Shown: positions 20,929 to 33,573 of the stretch, one piece after another
Layout: every line of letters begins with the position of its first letter
Numbering within the stretch: the first letter of the stretch is position 1
NCBI GenBank assembly: GCA_963758635.1
Contig: CAVWWD010000008.1
Location: 288,001 to 352,000, forward strand
Length of the DNA stretch: 64,000 nt
Direction of reading: 5' to 3'
Origin: an uncultured Candidatus Rokubacteria bacterium
GTDB taxonomy: Bacteria > Methylomirabilota > Methylomirabilia > Rokubacteriales > CSP1-6
Notes under the pieces: model-generated
What the model was told of the DNA's origin: nothing
The model's database searches: none
What the model saw: only the letters and a program-made list of their open reading frames with translations
Position numbers and translations under genes: made by a program

Positions 20929-21413
20929 TGTCACCTCTCGCGCGCCACGCGCTCCGCATCGCCGCCGGCTACGCCGCGCTCGTGGGCCTCGTGGCCCTGG
21001 CCGCGCTGCCCGTGTCCTATTCCCTCGCTCCGGCCGGCCGCGCCACACTGCTCCACCTGGCCGCGGGTGTCGTGCTCGCCGTCGCGCTCGCCCAGGTGGC
21101 CAAGGCGGCCCGCCGTCGCGTGGAGGAGCAGCCGCCGTCGGCCTTCGACCGCGCCCTCGTCCGGCTCGAGCCCGATCCAAGCCTGCCGCGCGACTTCCGC
21201 GAGCTGTTCGACGAGGTCCGCTTCGGCCGGGCGCGCGACGGTTACTTCCAGCGCATCCTGTGGCCGCGCCTCCTGGGCCTCGCCGCGTCGCGCCCCGGCG
21301 CGCCGGCTCTCGTCCAGCCCCCGCGCTCCCGGCTGCGGCGCTGGCTCGGGCTCGGGCCCACCCTGTCCGCGATCCGCGGTGTCATCGCCCGCGTGGAGGC
21401 CGGGAATGAATAG
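20928..21413 (+). CDS. Hypothetical membrane protein of the MoxR operon
   Basis: ATG at a TGATG junction; two TM helices and a soluble tail. Confidence 0.6.
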   Translation: MSPLARHALRIAAGYAALVGLVALAALPVSYSLAPAGRATLLHLAAGVVLAVALAQVAKAARRRVEEQPPSAFDRALVRLEPDPSLPRDFRELFDEVRFGRARDGYFQRILWPRLLGLAASRPGAPALVQPPRSRLRRWLGLGPTLSAIRGVIARVEAGNE

Positions 21414-21494
21414 CGAGACGGCATTTCGCGCGTACGCAGAATCGCGGTGTTGGTCCGCTCGCCGACGTCAGAATCCGCATTCCTTCACAACCTG
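21404..21494 (+). repeat. Interspersed repeat family A
   Basis: GAATGAATAGCGAGACGGC...GTACGCAGAATCGCGGTGTTGG...GCATTCCTTCACAACCTG. Confidence 0.9.
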
Positions 21495-21509
21495 TGTGGA
21501 GGACGCGTC

Positions 21510-22462
<953 letters not shown>

Positions 22463-22466
<4 letters not shown>

Positions 22467-23779
22467 TCGCCTCGCCGCCGGGGGCCGGGCCCGGCGGCGC
22501 CGTCGCGCGCCGGCTCACCGGCGCCACCGTCTCCGCGCTCGCGCTGATCGCGCTCGCGCTGCTGCTCGGCGTGGTCTCGGGCCGGGCCGAGCTGTTCGTG
22601 GCCGGCGTGCCGCTGGCCCTGCGCCTGCTGGCCGGCGCCCGGCGCCGCCCGCCGAGCGCCTGGACCCTCACGCACGCGGTGTCCTCCACCCGCCTCTTCG
22701 AGGGCGAGCGCCTCACCGTGATCACCACGCTCACGTCGCCCACTCGCCTCCCCCAGGTGGAAGCGCTCGAGCCGCTCCCGGCGTCGGCGCGGCTCATGTC
22801 GGGGGCGAACCGTGTGGTGGTGTCGGTCGGGGCGGGGGAAACGGCGACGTGGAGCTACGAGATCGACTTCCCGGAGCGGGCGCGCGTGGCCCTCGGCGCC
22901 GTGCACCTGCGCGACTGGAGCCCGACGGGCCTCGCCGTGGACGAATCGGTCCGGTTCGAGCCGGCGATGGTGCGCGTCTACCCGCGGGCGATGCCGCTCC
23001 GGCGCCTGCCCGCGCCCCGACGCACCCAGACCTCGGTGGGCAACTACGTGTCGCCGCTGGTGGGCGACGGGCTCGAGCCGGGCGATGTGCGCCTGTTCGC
23101 GCCCGGTGACCGCGTGCGCCACGTGAACTGGCGCGCCTCGCTGCGCCTGGGCCGCCTCTACGTGACCCGCTACCAGCAGGAGCGCAACGCCAACGTCGTC
23201 CTGATGCTGGACTCGCTCGTCGACGCGGGCGAGGGCGCCACCTCCGCGCTGTCCGAGGGCCTGCGCGCCGTCTCCTCGCTCGCCGCCGCGTACCTCGCGC
23301 GCAAGGACCGCGTCGGGCTCATCGAGTACGGCGGCGTGCTCCGCTGGGTGCGGCCGGGATCCGGGCGGCCGCACTTCGAGCGCCTGCTCGACACCTTGCT
23401 CCGCGCCGACGTGACCTTCACCTACGTGGCCAAGGACCTCGGGCTGATCCCGGCGCGCGTCCTGCCGCCCCAGGCGCTGGTGATCGCGATCACCCCGCTC
23501 CTGGACGGCCGGTTCGTGACCGCGATCGCCGATCTCGCCGGGCGCGGCTTCGACCTCATCGTGCTCGCCGTGGACGCCGTCGCGGCCACGCGCGCGTCGG
23601 TGCGACCCACGCCGCTCCTCGACGCGGTGTGCCGGCTGTGGCGGCTCGAGCGGGAGCGGCAGATCGCGGACCTCTCGGCGCGCGGGCTCGACGTGGTGGA
23701 CTGGCGTGGCGGCGAGCCCCTCGAGCTGGCGTTGTCGCGAGCGGGCCGGCGCCGGCCGCGGCGGGCGGTGGCAGGATGA
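22463..23779 (+). CDS. DUF58 domain protein
   Basis: [12 protein letters not shown] and LARKDRVGL; coupled to moxR by GTGA overlap. Confidence 0.88.
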
Positions 23780-24272
23780 GGGTGCCGCTCGCGCTGGTCC
23801 CGATGAGCTTCCTGGTGAGCCTGCCGATCCTCGTGCTGCCCACGGGGCCCATCGGGGCGCTCGGCGCCCTCGCCGCGCTCGCGCTGATCGTCTCCGTGCT
23901 GGTCGGCCTGCGCGCGCTCCTCGTCGCGGGCACGGGCCTCGCCCTGGTCCAGTACGGCCTCGCGCTCTACCTCCGCGGCGGCGCGGTGGACTGGGGCGGG
24001 GCGGCCGCCTTCGGCGTGATGCTCGCCCTGACCCTCGACGCCGCGGACTTCGGCATCCGCTTCCGCCGCGCGCACGTGACCCCGGCCGCGCTCCGCGCCC
24101 AGCTCCGCTCGTGGGTGGCGATCGTGATCGCGGGCGCCGCCGTGTGCGCCGTCCTCGTGGTCGCGGCGGCGGGCGGGATCGGGATTCCCGCCGGCTGGGA
24201 GCCCATCGTGGCCGCGCTCGCCGCCATCGGCGCCACGCTGGGCCTCGCCGGCGCGCTCAGGAGCTCGAGTGA
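23776..24272 (+). CDS. Hypothetical multi-pass membrane protein (3' end uncertain)
   Basis: Very hydrophobic ORF from an ATGA overlap. As written it reads through repeat B to 24468; a nearby TGA at 24270 is out of frame. Confidence 0.6.
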
Positions 24273-24350
24273 TCCTCGCAGAAGTACGGTAACCGCCACG
24301 GGCCTCTACAATCCCACCGCTCGGCATTGGTCTGATGCGCGGGGCTCAGT
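24265..24350 (+). repeat. Interspersed repeat family B, copy 2
   Basis: TCGAGTGATCCTCGCAGAA...CGGTAACCGCCACGGGCCTCTACAATCCCACCGCTCGG...TGCGCGGGGCTCA. Confidence 0.9.
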
Positions 24351-24389
24351 AGCCGGGCCTGAGAGCGGCGGCGGCTCCGGATCGGCGGG

Positions 24390-25100
24390 TCAGCTCGCGC
24401 CGGGAAGCATCTCGCGGAGCTGGCGCGCGAAGGCGGGCCCGATGCCGGACTCCTCGTGCTTGAAGTAGACCCAGGTGTCGCGCCACCTGGCGCCCAGGTC
24501 CTGGATGGCCGCGGCCCAGCGCTCGAGGTCGGCGGGCGTGTAGCCCTCGTCGCGCAGGCGGAAGTACCCCCAGTCCGCGGTGGCGACCAGCGGCGTGTGC
24601 GACGTTCCCGTGTCGGCGATGCAGAGCGCGCAGCCGCCGCCGCGAAGCTGCTCGTACACGTCGTCGGCGAACCAGCTCTCGTTCCTGAACTCGAACGCGC
24701 AGCGGAGGCCGGCGGGCAGCAGCCCGAGCAGGTCGCCGAGGCGGCCGGTGTCCTTCTTGAAGTTCGGCGGGAGCTGGAAGAGCACGGGGCCGAGCTTGTC
24801 GCCGAGGCCGGCCGCGGTGTCGCAGAAGTAACGGAGCGGATCGCCCACGTCACGGAGCCGCGCGATGTGGGTGATGCGCTGGGGCGCCTTCAGGGTGAAC
24901 CGGAACCCGGCCGGCGTCTCCGCGTCCCACGCGGCCATGGTCTTCGCGTTGGGCATCCGGTAGAAGGTGTAGTTGATCTCCACCGTGGAGAACCGCTCCG
25001 CGTAGTACGGGAGCATCTTGCTCGTGGCGAACTTCTCGGGATAGAAGGTCCCGCGCCACTCGGGGTAGTTGTAGCCGGAGGTGCCGATGCGGACGGCCAT
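24390..25100 (-). CDS. DUF72 (YecE-like) protein
   Basis: IGTSGYNY..W.G.FYP, VEINYTFY, LFQLPP, FEFR..SW. Confidence 0.92.
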   Translation of the reverse strand: MAVRIGTSGYNYPEWRGTFYPEKFATSKMLPYYAERFSTVEINYTFYRMPNAKTMAAWDAETPAGFRFTLKAPQRITHIARLRDVGDPLRYFCDTAAGLGDKLGPVLFQLPPNFKKDTGRLGDLLGLLPAGLRCAFEFRNESWFADDVYEQLRGGGCALCIADTGTSHTPLVATADWGYFRLRDEGYTPADLERWAAAIQDLGARWRDTWVYFKHEESGIGPAFARQLREMLPGAS

Positions 25101-25134
25101 CGCGGTCCATGATAGCGCGCGCCCCCTCAGGGCC

Positions 25135-25216
25135 CACGCGGCGGCATCGCACGAGGACGCTGAATCGCGGTGTTGCCCGCATGGTGAGGCCAAGATCCGC
25201 ATTTCTTCACAACGTT
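25135..25216 (+). repeat. Interspersed repeat family A, diverged copy
   Basis: GACGCTGAATCGCGGTGTTGCCCGC...ATCCGCATTTCTTCACAAC. Confidence 0.8.
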
Positions 25217-25387
25217 ACGGGAAGAAACATGCGCAGACCCGCGAGCATCGCGGCGACGAGGAGCGTCAGGCGGAAGGGTCTCACGGGGTCTCCGGTTCCC
25301 CGATGGTCGACCACGGGCCCCCGAGCATCCCTGTGATTTGTTTGGCGCCGGGCCGCGAGGCTCGACCGGGTGGCCCGCGCGCAACAG

Positions 25388-25417
25388 TTGACAAGTAGGG
25401 CCCGCTCCCGCTAGAAA
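25388..25417 (+). promoter_or_regulatory. Putative sigma70 promoter of the lipid-modification operon
   Basis: TTGACA-N18-TAGAAA, 20 nt before ATG 25438. Confidence 0.45.
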
Positions 25418-25437
25418 GGCGCTGCTACGGAAGCGCC

Positions 25438-25794
25438 ATGATCAGCCGCCTTCTTCCCGCCCCCGGCCCGACCACCGCGGCGCGCATCCTCCGCGAGGTG
25501 TTCGGACAGGTCCGCGTGCCCTTCGCCTTTCGCCTGTGGGACGGGACCGAGGTACGCTTCGGCCATGACGCGCCGGCGTGCGTCGCCGTGATCAAGAGCC
25601 CCGAGGTCTTCATGGACCTGATGCGCGACCCCTCGCCCGGCCAGTTCGCCGAGGCCTACGTCGACGGGAGCATCGACCTCGAGGGCGACATCTTCCGGAC
25701 GATGACCGTGGCCAACGCCGTGGAGGCGGTGCGGGTGACGCCGCGCCAGCGGCTGCGCATCCTGGCCGCCCTGCTTCGGGGCCGCTCGTCATGA
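25438..25794 (+). CDS. Stand-alone N-terminal (lipid-binding-like) domain of a CFA-synthase-type methyltransferase
   Basis: PFAFRLWDG and FAEAYVDGSIDLEGDI match the N-terminal domain of long Cfa proteins; no SAM-binding motif. Confidence 0.8.
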   Translation: MISRLLPAPGPTTAARILREVFGQVRVPFAFRLWDGTEVRFGHDAPACVAVIKSPEVFMDLMRDPSPGQFAEAYVDGSIDLEGDIFRTMTVANAVEAVRVTPRQRLRILAALLRGRSS

Positions 25795-26915
25795 CGCACG
25801 ACGTGGTCGTGGTGGGCGGCGGGCCGGGCGGCAGCACCGCGGCGTGGCGCCTCGCGCGGGCCGGCCTGCGGCCGCTCGTGCTGGACGCCGCCGTCTTCCC
25901 CCGCGTGAAGCTCTGCGCGGGCTGGGTGACGGCGGGCGCCCTCGCCGACCTCGAGATCGATCCCGAGAAGTATCCGCTCACCATCCAGCCGTTCTCGGCG
26001 TGCGCGGTGGCCTTCGAGCGCGGGCGCCACGAGACGCGGTGGCGGCGCCCGGCCAGCTACGGCATCATCCGCCGCGAGTTCGACCACTACCTGCTCGAGC
26101 GCGCGGCCGCCGCGGGCGCCGACGTGCGCTGGGGCGTGCGCGTGCAGAGCGTCGTGACGGGGGCGGGCGGGGCCGCCGTCGAGACCGAGCACGGGCGGTT
26201 CGAGGCGCCGGTGGTGATCGGCGCGGGCGGCCACCGGTGCCCGGTGGCGCGCGACCTCGGCGAGATCTCCGAGCGCGAGGAGGTCGTGGTCGCCCAGGAG
26301 AGCGAGACGCGCCTGCCGCCGGAGCGCCGCGCCGCGCTCGAGCCGTTCATGGGCGCGCCGGAGATCTACGTGGAGCCCGACCTGCGCGGCTACGGCTGGT
26401 GGTTCCCCAAGCAGGACTTCATCAACATCGGCATCGGCTGCACGGGCGGGCCCAGCGCGGGCCTCCGCGAGCGGCGCGAGGCCCTCCTGTCGGCGCTCCG
26501 CGCGTCGGGCCGGCTGCCCGCCGACCTGCCGATCGAGCCGTTCAAGGGCCACGCGTACGTGGTGCGGCGCCAGGCGCCGCGCCGCCTCGCCGGCGACGCC
26601 TTCTGCCTGGTCGGCGACGCGGCGGGGCTCGCGCGCGACCTGTCGGGCGAGGGCATCGGCCCCGCCATCAAGAGCGGGACGCTCGCCGCCGACGCGGCCC
26701 GGGCCCGCCTCGCGGGCGGCGCGTCGCTCGCCGACTACGCGCGCGAGGTGACGGCGCGCTACGGGGTGGGGGAGCGCGGCTGGGTCGGCCGGCAGGTCGC
26801 GAAGCTGCCCGAGGCGGTGACGCGCGCGGCGGTACGCGTCGTCCTGGGCTCGAGCGCCGCTCGGCGGCGCGTGGTGTTCGGCGCCATCTTCGGCATGCGG
26901 GAGGCGACATCATGA
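25791..26915 (+). CDS. Geranylgeranyl-reductase-family FAD-dependent oxidoreductase
   Basis: GGGPGG, FPRVKLCAG, RREFDHYL, GYGWWFPK, LVGDAAG, GEGIGPA..SG. Confidence 0.9.
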   Translation: MTHDVVVVGGGPGGSTAAWRLARAGLRPLVLDAAVFPRVKLCAGWVTAGALADLEIDPEKYPLTIQPFSACAVAFERGRHETRWRRPASYGIIRREFDHYLLERAAAAGADVRWGVRVQSVVTGAGGAAVETEHGRFEAPVVIGAGGHRCPVARDLGEISEREEVVVAQESETRLPPERRAALEPFMGAPEIYVEPDLRGYGWWFPKQDFINIGIGCTGGPSAGLRERREALLSALRASGRLPADLPIEPFKGHAYVVRRQAPRRLAGDAFCLVGDAAGLARDLSGEGIGPAIKSGTLAADAARARLAGGASLADYAREVTARYGVGERGWVGRQVAKLPEAVTRAAVRVVLGSSAARRRVVFGAIFGMREATS

Positions 26916-27809
26916 GCCAGCGGGAGAAGAAGTGGCACGCGGAGTCGATCTCGCACCATTACAACGTCGGCAACGACTTCTACGCGCTGTTCCTCGACCC
27001 GCTGATGGTCTACACGTGCGCCTACTACCGCGACCCGGACGGCAAGCTCGAGCAGGCGCAGATGGACAAGCTCGACCTCGTGTGCCGGAAGCTCCGGCTC
27101 ACGCCCGGCGAGACCATGCTCGACATCGGCTGCGGCTGGGGCGCGCTGTCGATCTGGGCCGCCCAGCACTACGGCGTGCGCGCGCACGGCGTGACCCTCT
27201 CGCGCGAGCAGGCGGCGTGGGCGCAGGCGCGCATCCAGCGCGAGGGCCTGGCCGACCGCTGCGTGGTCGAGCACCGCGACTTCTGGGACGTGCCGCGTGA
27301 CGCGCGCTACGACAAGGTGGCGGCCATCGGCGTGATCGAGCACGTGGGGATCAAGAACTACCCCGCGTTCTTCGGCCGCATCCGCGAGCTGCTGCGCGAC
27401 GGGGGCTTCTACCTGAGCCACGGCATCAAGCACGAGTTTCACTGGAAGCGCACCAGCCAGACCGAGTTCCTCCTGCGCAACGTCTTCCCCAACGGCGACA
27501 TGGCGGGGGTGAGCGAGACGCTCACCGAGATGGAGCGCGCCGACTGGGAGATCGTGGACGTCGAGAACCTCCGGCTGCACTACGCGCGCACCTGCCGCCA
27601 CTGGGTCGAGCGGCTGACCGCGCGCGCGGACGAGGCGCGCGCGCTCGTGGGCGAGCGGACCTATCGCACCTGGCTCCTGTACCTGGCGTGCTCGGCCATG
27701 GCCTTCGAGGACGGCTCCATCGGCCTCTACCAGGCGCTCTTGCGCAAGCACCGGGATCTCCGCCGGCCCCACGACGCCCGGCACGCGCGAGGAGATCTAC
27801 GCCGGGTAG
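26912..27809 (+). CDS. Cyclopropane-fatty-acyl-phospholipid synthase-like SAM methyltransferase, catalytic domain (frameshift near 27770)
   Basis: HHYNVGNDFY, YTCAY, LEQAQ.DKLDLVCRKL, LDIGCGWG, EHVG, VFP.G, HYA.T; shifted end REEIYAG-TAG. Confidence 0.9.
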
Positions 27810-27836
27810 GCCGGGGTCCGCGGTCCGGGCCCGCTG

Positions 27837-29742
<1,906 letters not shown>

Positions 29743-29817
29743 TGATCCGCACCTGGGCGGCCCGCGGCGTGGCGGAAGGTCGCGTCGGGTGCGACACTCT
29801 CGGCCAGGAGGCGACCC

Positions 29818-30575
29818 ATGAGAAACCGGATCAGGCTGACGATGGTGGCGCTCGTGGCATCTCTCGGGCTCGCCGGGCCGGCGGCGGCCGTCGAGTACCG
29901 GCTCAACGTGGTCAACCTGCACGAGGGCGCGTTCGCGTCCTTCCTGGGCGGCCGGGAGTGGTTCGACGGCGCGGCGGGCCCGGGCCTGAACCGCCTGGAG
30001 GCGAGCCTGGACCGGGGGACGTCGGCAAGGGGAACCTCCTCTATGACCGGCACGTCCATCCGGCGGCGGAGGCGACGGCCCGGGCCTGGGGCGCGACGCC
30101 GGTGCCCGTTGCCACCGTCACCATGGGCGGCATCGAGCGGCAGCTCTGGGACGAGATCCGCTGGGAAGGCCAGCCGGGCGAGCAGAGCGTCTGGCTCGTG
30201 CGTCCGACCAGCCGGCTCCCGCAGTACCTGGTCCGCACGGCGATCAAGGGCGCCGGCCCCATGCGCCAGTTCCAGCCCTACGCGGTGCCCGCGGGCGCGC
30301 GCGTCCCCGTGCTGCGCATGCCGCTCGCCTACATCGTCCACCGCGAGGAGGACGGCAGCCTCTGGCGGCGGGACGTGGCGTCACGGCTCGACCTCGGCAA
30401 CGGCATCGGCGTGGTGGTCGGCCTCAACGACAACGGCACCTTCCCCGACAGCGCCACGATCGTGGTGACCCAGGGCGCCGAGCCCACCACGTACAAGGCC
30501 GTGCTCGTCTGGCGGCTCCGCGGCACCGAGCAGCAAGCGCCCGGCGACGGGATCCGCCGCATCAACCACCGCTGA
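29818..30575 (+). CDS. Hypothetical secreted protein (frameshift near 30020)
   Basis: AGGAGG RBS; signal peptide ending AAA; continues in the frame ending at 30575. Confidence 0.7.
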
Positions 30576-30609
30576 ACTCTCAGCTCACTCCTCCGGAGGA
30601 GACACGACC

Positions 30610-31383
30610 ATGCTGGACCTCGGGCTCACGGGCAAGGTGGCCATCGTCACGGGCGGCAGCGAAGGCCTCGGACGCGCGACGGCGGAGCGGCTGGCGCAGG
30701 AGGGCGTCCGAGTGTCGATCTGCGCTCGCAGAAAGGACGTGCTCGACCGCGCGGCCGACGAGATTCGCAAGGCCACGGGGGGCGACGTGCTCGCGCGGGC
30801 CGCCGACGTCTCGCGTCCCGAGGACGTGGAGGCGGTGGTGGCGGCGACGGTGGCGCAGTGGGGTGGCGTCGACATCCTCCTGAACAACGCGGGGACCTCC
30901 GCGGCGGGCGCGTTCGAGACCGTCGACGACCGCGCGTGGCAGGCCGACATCGACCTCAAGCTGATGGGGGCCATCCGCTTCTGCCGGCAGGTCATCCCGA
31001 TCATGAAGAAGCGGGGCGGGGGCCGCATCGTCAACGTGACCACGGTGGGCGGCAAGGCGCCGAACGCGCGGGGCGTGCCCACGAGCGTCACGCGCGCCGC
31101 CGGCATCAACCTCACCAAGTCGCTCGCCAACGAGTACGCCGCCGACAACATCCTGGTGAACACCATCTGCCTCGGGCTCGTGAAGAGCGCGCAGATCGCG
31201 CGGCGGGCCAAGGCGGGCGACCTCGAGGGCCACTACCGCGAGCTGGCCAAGCGCGTGCCGGTGGGCCGCGTCGCGGAGGCGAGCGAGTTCGCGGACCTGG
31301 TGGCGTTTCTCGTCTCCGCGCGCGCCGGATACATCACCGGCACCTCGGTCAACTTCGACGGCGGGCTCGGGCACACGGTATGA
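30610..31383 (+). CDS. SDR family oxidoreductase (atypical active site)
   Basis: TGGSEGLG, NNAG; TSVTR in place of YxxxK. Confidence 0.9.
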   Translation: MLDLGLTGKVAIVTGGSEGLGRATAERLAQEGVRVSICARRKDVLDRAADEIRKATGGDVLARAADVSRPEDVEAVVAATVAQWGGVDILLNNAGTSAAGAFETVDDRAWQADIDLKLMGAIRFCRQVIPIMKKRGGGRIVNVTTVGGKAPNARGVPTSVTRAAGINLTKSLANEYAADNILVNTICLGLVKSAQIARRAKAGDLEGHYRELAKRVPVGRVAEASEFADLVAFLVSARAGYITGTSVNFDGGLGHTV

Positions 31384-32390
31384 AGAGCCGCCAGATCCTC
31401 CTCGCGTCCCGGCCCGCCGCGCTGCCCACGCCTGACAACTTCCGGATGGAGGAGGTGGACCTGCCCGAGCCCGGCCCCGGCGAGGCGCTCGTCCGCAACA
31501 CGTTCATGTCGGTCGACCCCTACATGCGGGGCCGGATGCGCGAGGGGCGCTCCTACGCGGCGCCGTGGGAGGTGGGCAAGCCCGCGGACGGGCGCGCGGT
31601 TGGCGTGGTCGTGCGCTCCGCCGATCCGCGTCTCGCGGCGGGCGATCGCGTGGCGAGCATGAACGGCTGGCGCGAGGCGTTCGTGGCCCGGGCCGAGACG
31701 CTCAACACGCTCGATCCCGCGCTGCCGCTCTCGGCGTATCTCGGCGTGCTCGGCGTCCCCGGGTTCACCGGCTGGTACGGCCTGAAGGAGATCGGCAAGC
31801 CGAAGGCCGGCGAGACGCTGGTGGTGTCGGGAGCGGCGGGGGCCACGGGGTCGCTGGTGGTGCAGCTCGGCAAGATCCTCGGCTGTCGCGTGGTGGGCAC
31901 CGCGGGCACCGAGGCCAAGTGCGCGTGGCTCACCAAGGAGCTGGGCGCGGACGTGGCCATCAACTACCGCACGGCCGGGGACCCCTACGAGGCCCTCCGC
32001 CGCGCGTGCCCGGACGGCATCGACATCTACTTCGAGAACGTGGGCGGGCCCATGCTCGACGCGGTGCTGCGGCTGCTCAAGCCGCACGCGCGGATCCCGC
32101 TCTGCGGCATGATCTCCCAGTACAACCTGGAGCTGCCCGACCCGGGCCCGCGCTTCCTCTTCTCGATGATCGGCAACCGCGCCCTCATGCAGGGCTTCAT
32201 CATCTCGGACCACATGAACCGCTACCCCGAGTTCGTCGCCGAGGTGGGCGCGTGGGTCAAGGCGGGGCGGATCACGTACGAGGAGACGATCGTCGACGGC
32301 CTCGACCGCGCCGTCACGGCGTTCCTCGGGCTGTTCAAGGGCGACAACACCGGGAAGATGATCGTGCGCGTCGGGCCCGATCCCGCCTGA
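31380..32390 (+). CDS. NADP-dependent oxidoreductase (MDR, prostaglandin reductase/CurA-like)
   Basis: SVDPYMR, SGAAGATGS, YFENVGG, CGMISQYN, GDNTGK. Confidence 0.92.
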   Translation: MKSRQILLASRPAALPTPDNFRMEEVDLPEPGPGEALVRNTFMSVDPYMRGRMREGRSYAAPWEVGKPADGRAVGVVVRSADPRLAAGDRVASMNGWREAFVARAETLNTLDPALPLSAYLGVLGVPGFTGWYGLKEIGKPKAGETLVVSGAAGATGSLVVQLGKILGCRVVGTAGTEAKCAWLTKELGADVAINYRTAGDPYEALRRACPDGIDIYFENVGGPMLDAVLRLLKPHARIPLCGMISQYNLELPDPGPRFLFSMIGNRALMQGFIISDHMNRYPEFVAEVGAWVKAGRITYEETIVDGLDRAVTAFLGLFKGDNTGKMIVRVGPDPA

Positions 32391-32484
32391 CAGGTTGTGA
32401 AGGAATGCTGATTCTGGAGTCGGCGAGCGGGCCAACACCGCGATTCTGCGTACACGCGGAGTGCTGTCTCGCATTCATTCACAT
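32391..32484 (-). repeat. Interspersed repeat family A (clearest terminal inverted repeats)
   Basis: Ends TGTGAAGGAATGC and GCATTCATTCACA are reverse complements with one mismatch. Confidence 0.9.
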
Positions 32485-32520
32485 CCCCTGACCGCGGCCG
32501 ACACCGGACGGAGGACTCGG

Positions 32521-33315
32521 ATGACTCAGGAGCTGATCGAGGTCGTGAAGGACGGGGTGGCCGTCCTCACCATGAACCGCCCGGAGCGGCTGAACGCGAT
32601 GTCCGGGCCGATGCTCGACGCCATGCTCGAGGCCCTGCCGCGCCTGGCCGACGACGCCGACGTGGGCGTGGTGGTGCTCACCGGCGCCGGCCGTGGCTTC
32701 TGCACCGGCGGGGACGTCAAGGCCATGGCCGAGGGGCTCGAGGCGGGGCCGGGCGAGCTCGAGGAGCGCGCGCAGTCGCTCCGCTCGCGCATGGAGGTGT
32801 CGCGCTGGCTCCACGAGATGCCCAAGCCCACCATCGCCATGGTGCGCGGCGCCGCCGCGGGCGCCGGGCTCTCCCTGGCGCTGGCGTGCGACCTGCGCGT
32901 GGCCGCGGACAGCGCGCGCTTCGGCACCGCGTTCGCCCGCGTCGGCTACTCCGGGGACTTCGGCGGGAGCTACTTCCTCACGCAGCTCGTGGGGACGGCG
33001 AAGGCCCGCGAGCTCTACTACACCGCGGACCTGCTGGACGCGCCCCAGGCCTTGGCCCTCGGCCTCGTGAACCGCGTGGTGCCGGACGCGCGGCTCGAGG
33101 AGGAGACCATGGCCCTGGCCTCCCGCATCGCGCGCGGGCCGCGGGTCGCCCTGCGCTACATGAAGCGCAACATGAACGCGGCCGAGACGGGCACGCTCAA
33201 GGACGTGCTCGACCTGGAGGCCTGGCACCACACGCGCACCGGCTTCACCGAGGACCATCGCGAGGCGGCCAAGGCCTTCGTGGCCAAGCGCGAGCCCGTC
33301 TTCCGCGGCCGGTAG
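32521..33315 (+). CDS. Enoyl-CoA hydratase/isomerase (PaaG-like)
   Basis: NRPERLNA, FCTGGD, AAGAG, GDFGGSYFL. Confidence 0.92.
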   Translation: MTQELIEVVKDGVAVLTMNRPERLNAMSGPMLDAMLEALPRLADDADVGVVVLTGAGRGFCTGGDVKAMAEGLEAGPGELEERAQSLRSRMEVSRWLHEMPKPTIAMVRGAAAGAGLSLALACDLRVAADSARFGTAFARVGYSGDFGGSYFLTQLVGTAKARELYYTADLLDAPQALALGLVNRVVPDARLEEETMALASRIARGPRVALRYMKRNMNAAETGTLKDVLDLEAWHHTRTGFTEDHREAAKAFVAKREPVFRGR

Positions 33316-33405
33316 ATCATCCGGAGAGGGCAGAGCTCCTTCTCTGCCACCGTCCAGCGCTTTACCTGAAAGTTTTGCGAATTGGACGATGACAACTCTC
33401 GCTCT

Positions 33406-33421
33406 CGGCACGCTGCATGCT
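33406..33421 (+). promoter_or_regulatory. Possible sigma54 (-24/-12) promoter
   Basis: CGGCACGCTGCATGCT has GG-N10-GC spacing, upstream of the FAD oxidase. Confidence 0.3.
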
Positions 33422-33573
33422 TGGCATCAAGAGGATATGAGTCGATGGCAGGCTCGCAGCGGCTCGCCGAGATTCGATTTCGGGACGTCCTTCGAGGTAA
33501 ACGCAAGCAGCGAAATCGACCTGCGTCGTTGGCTTCCGCGGCAGACGGAGGAAAACCAGATGGAGGTGGAGGG

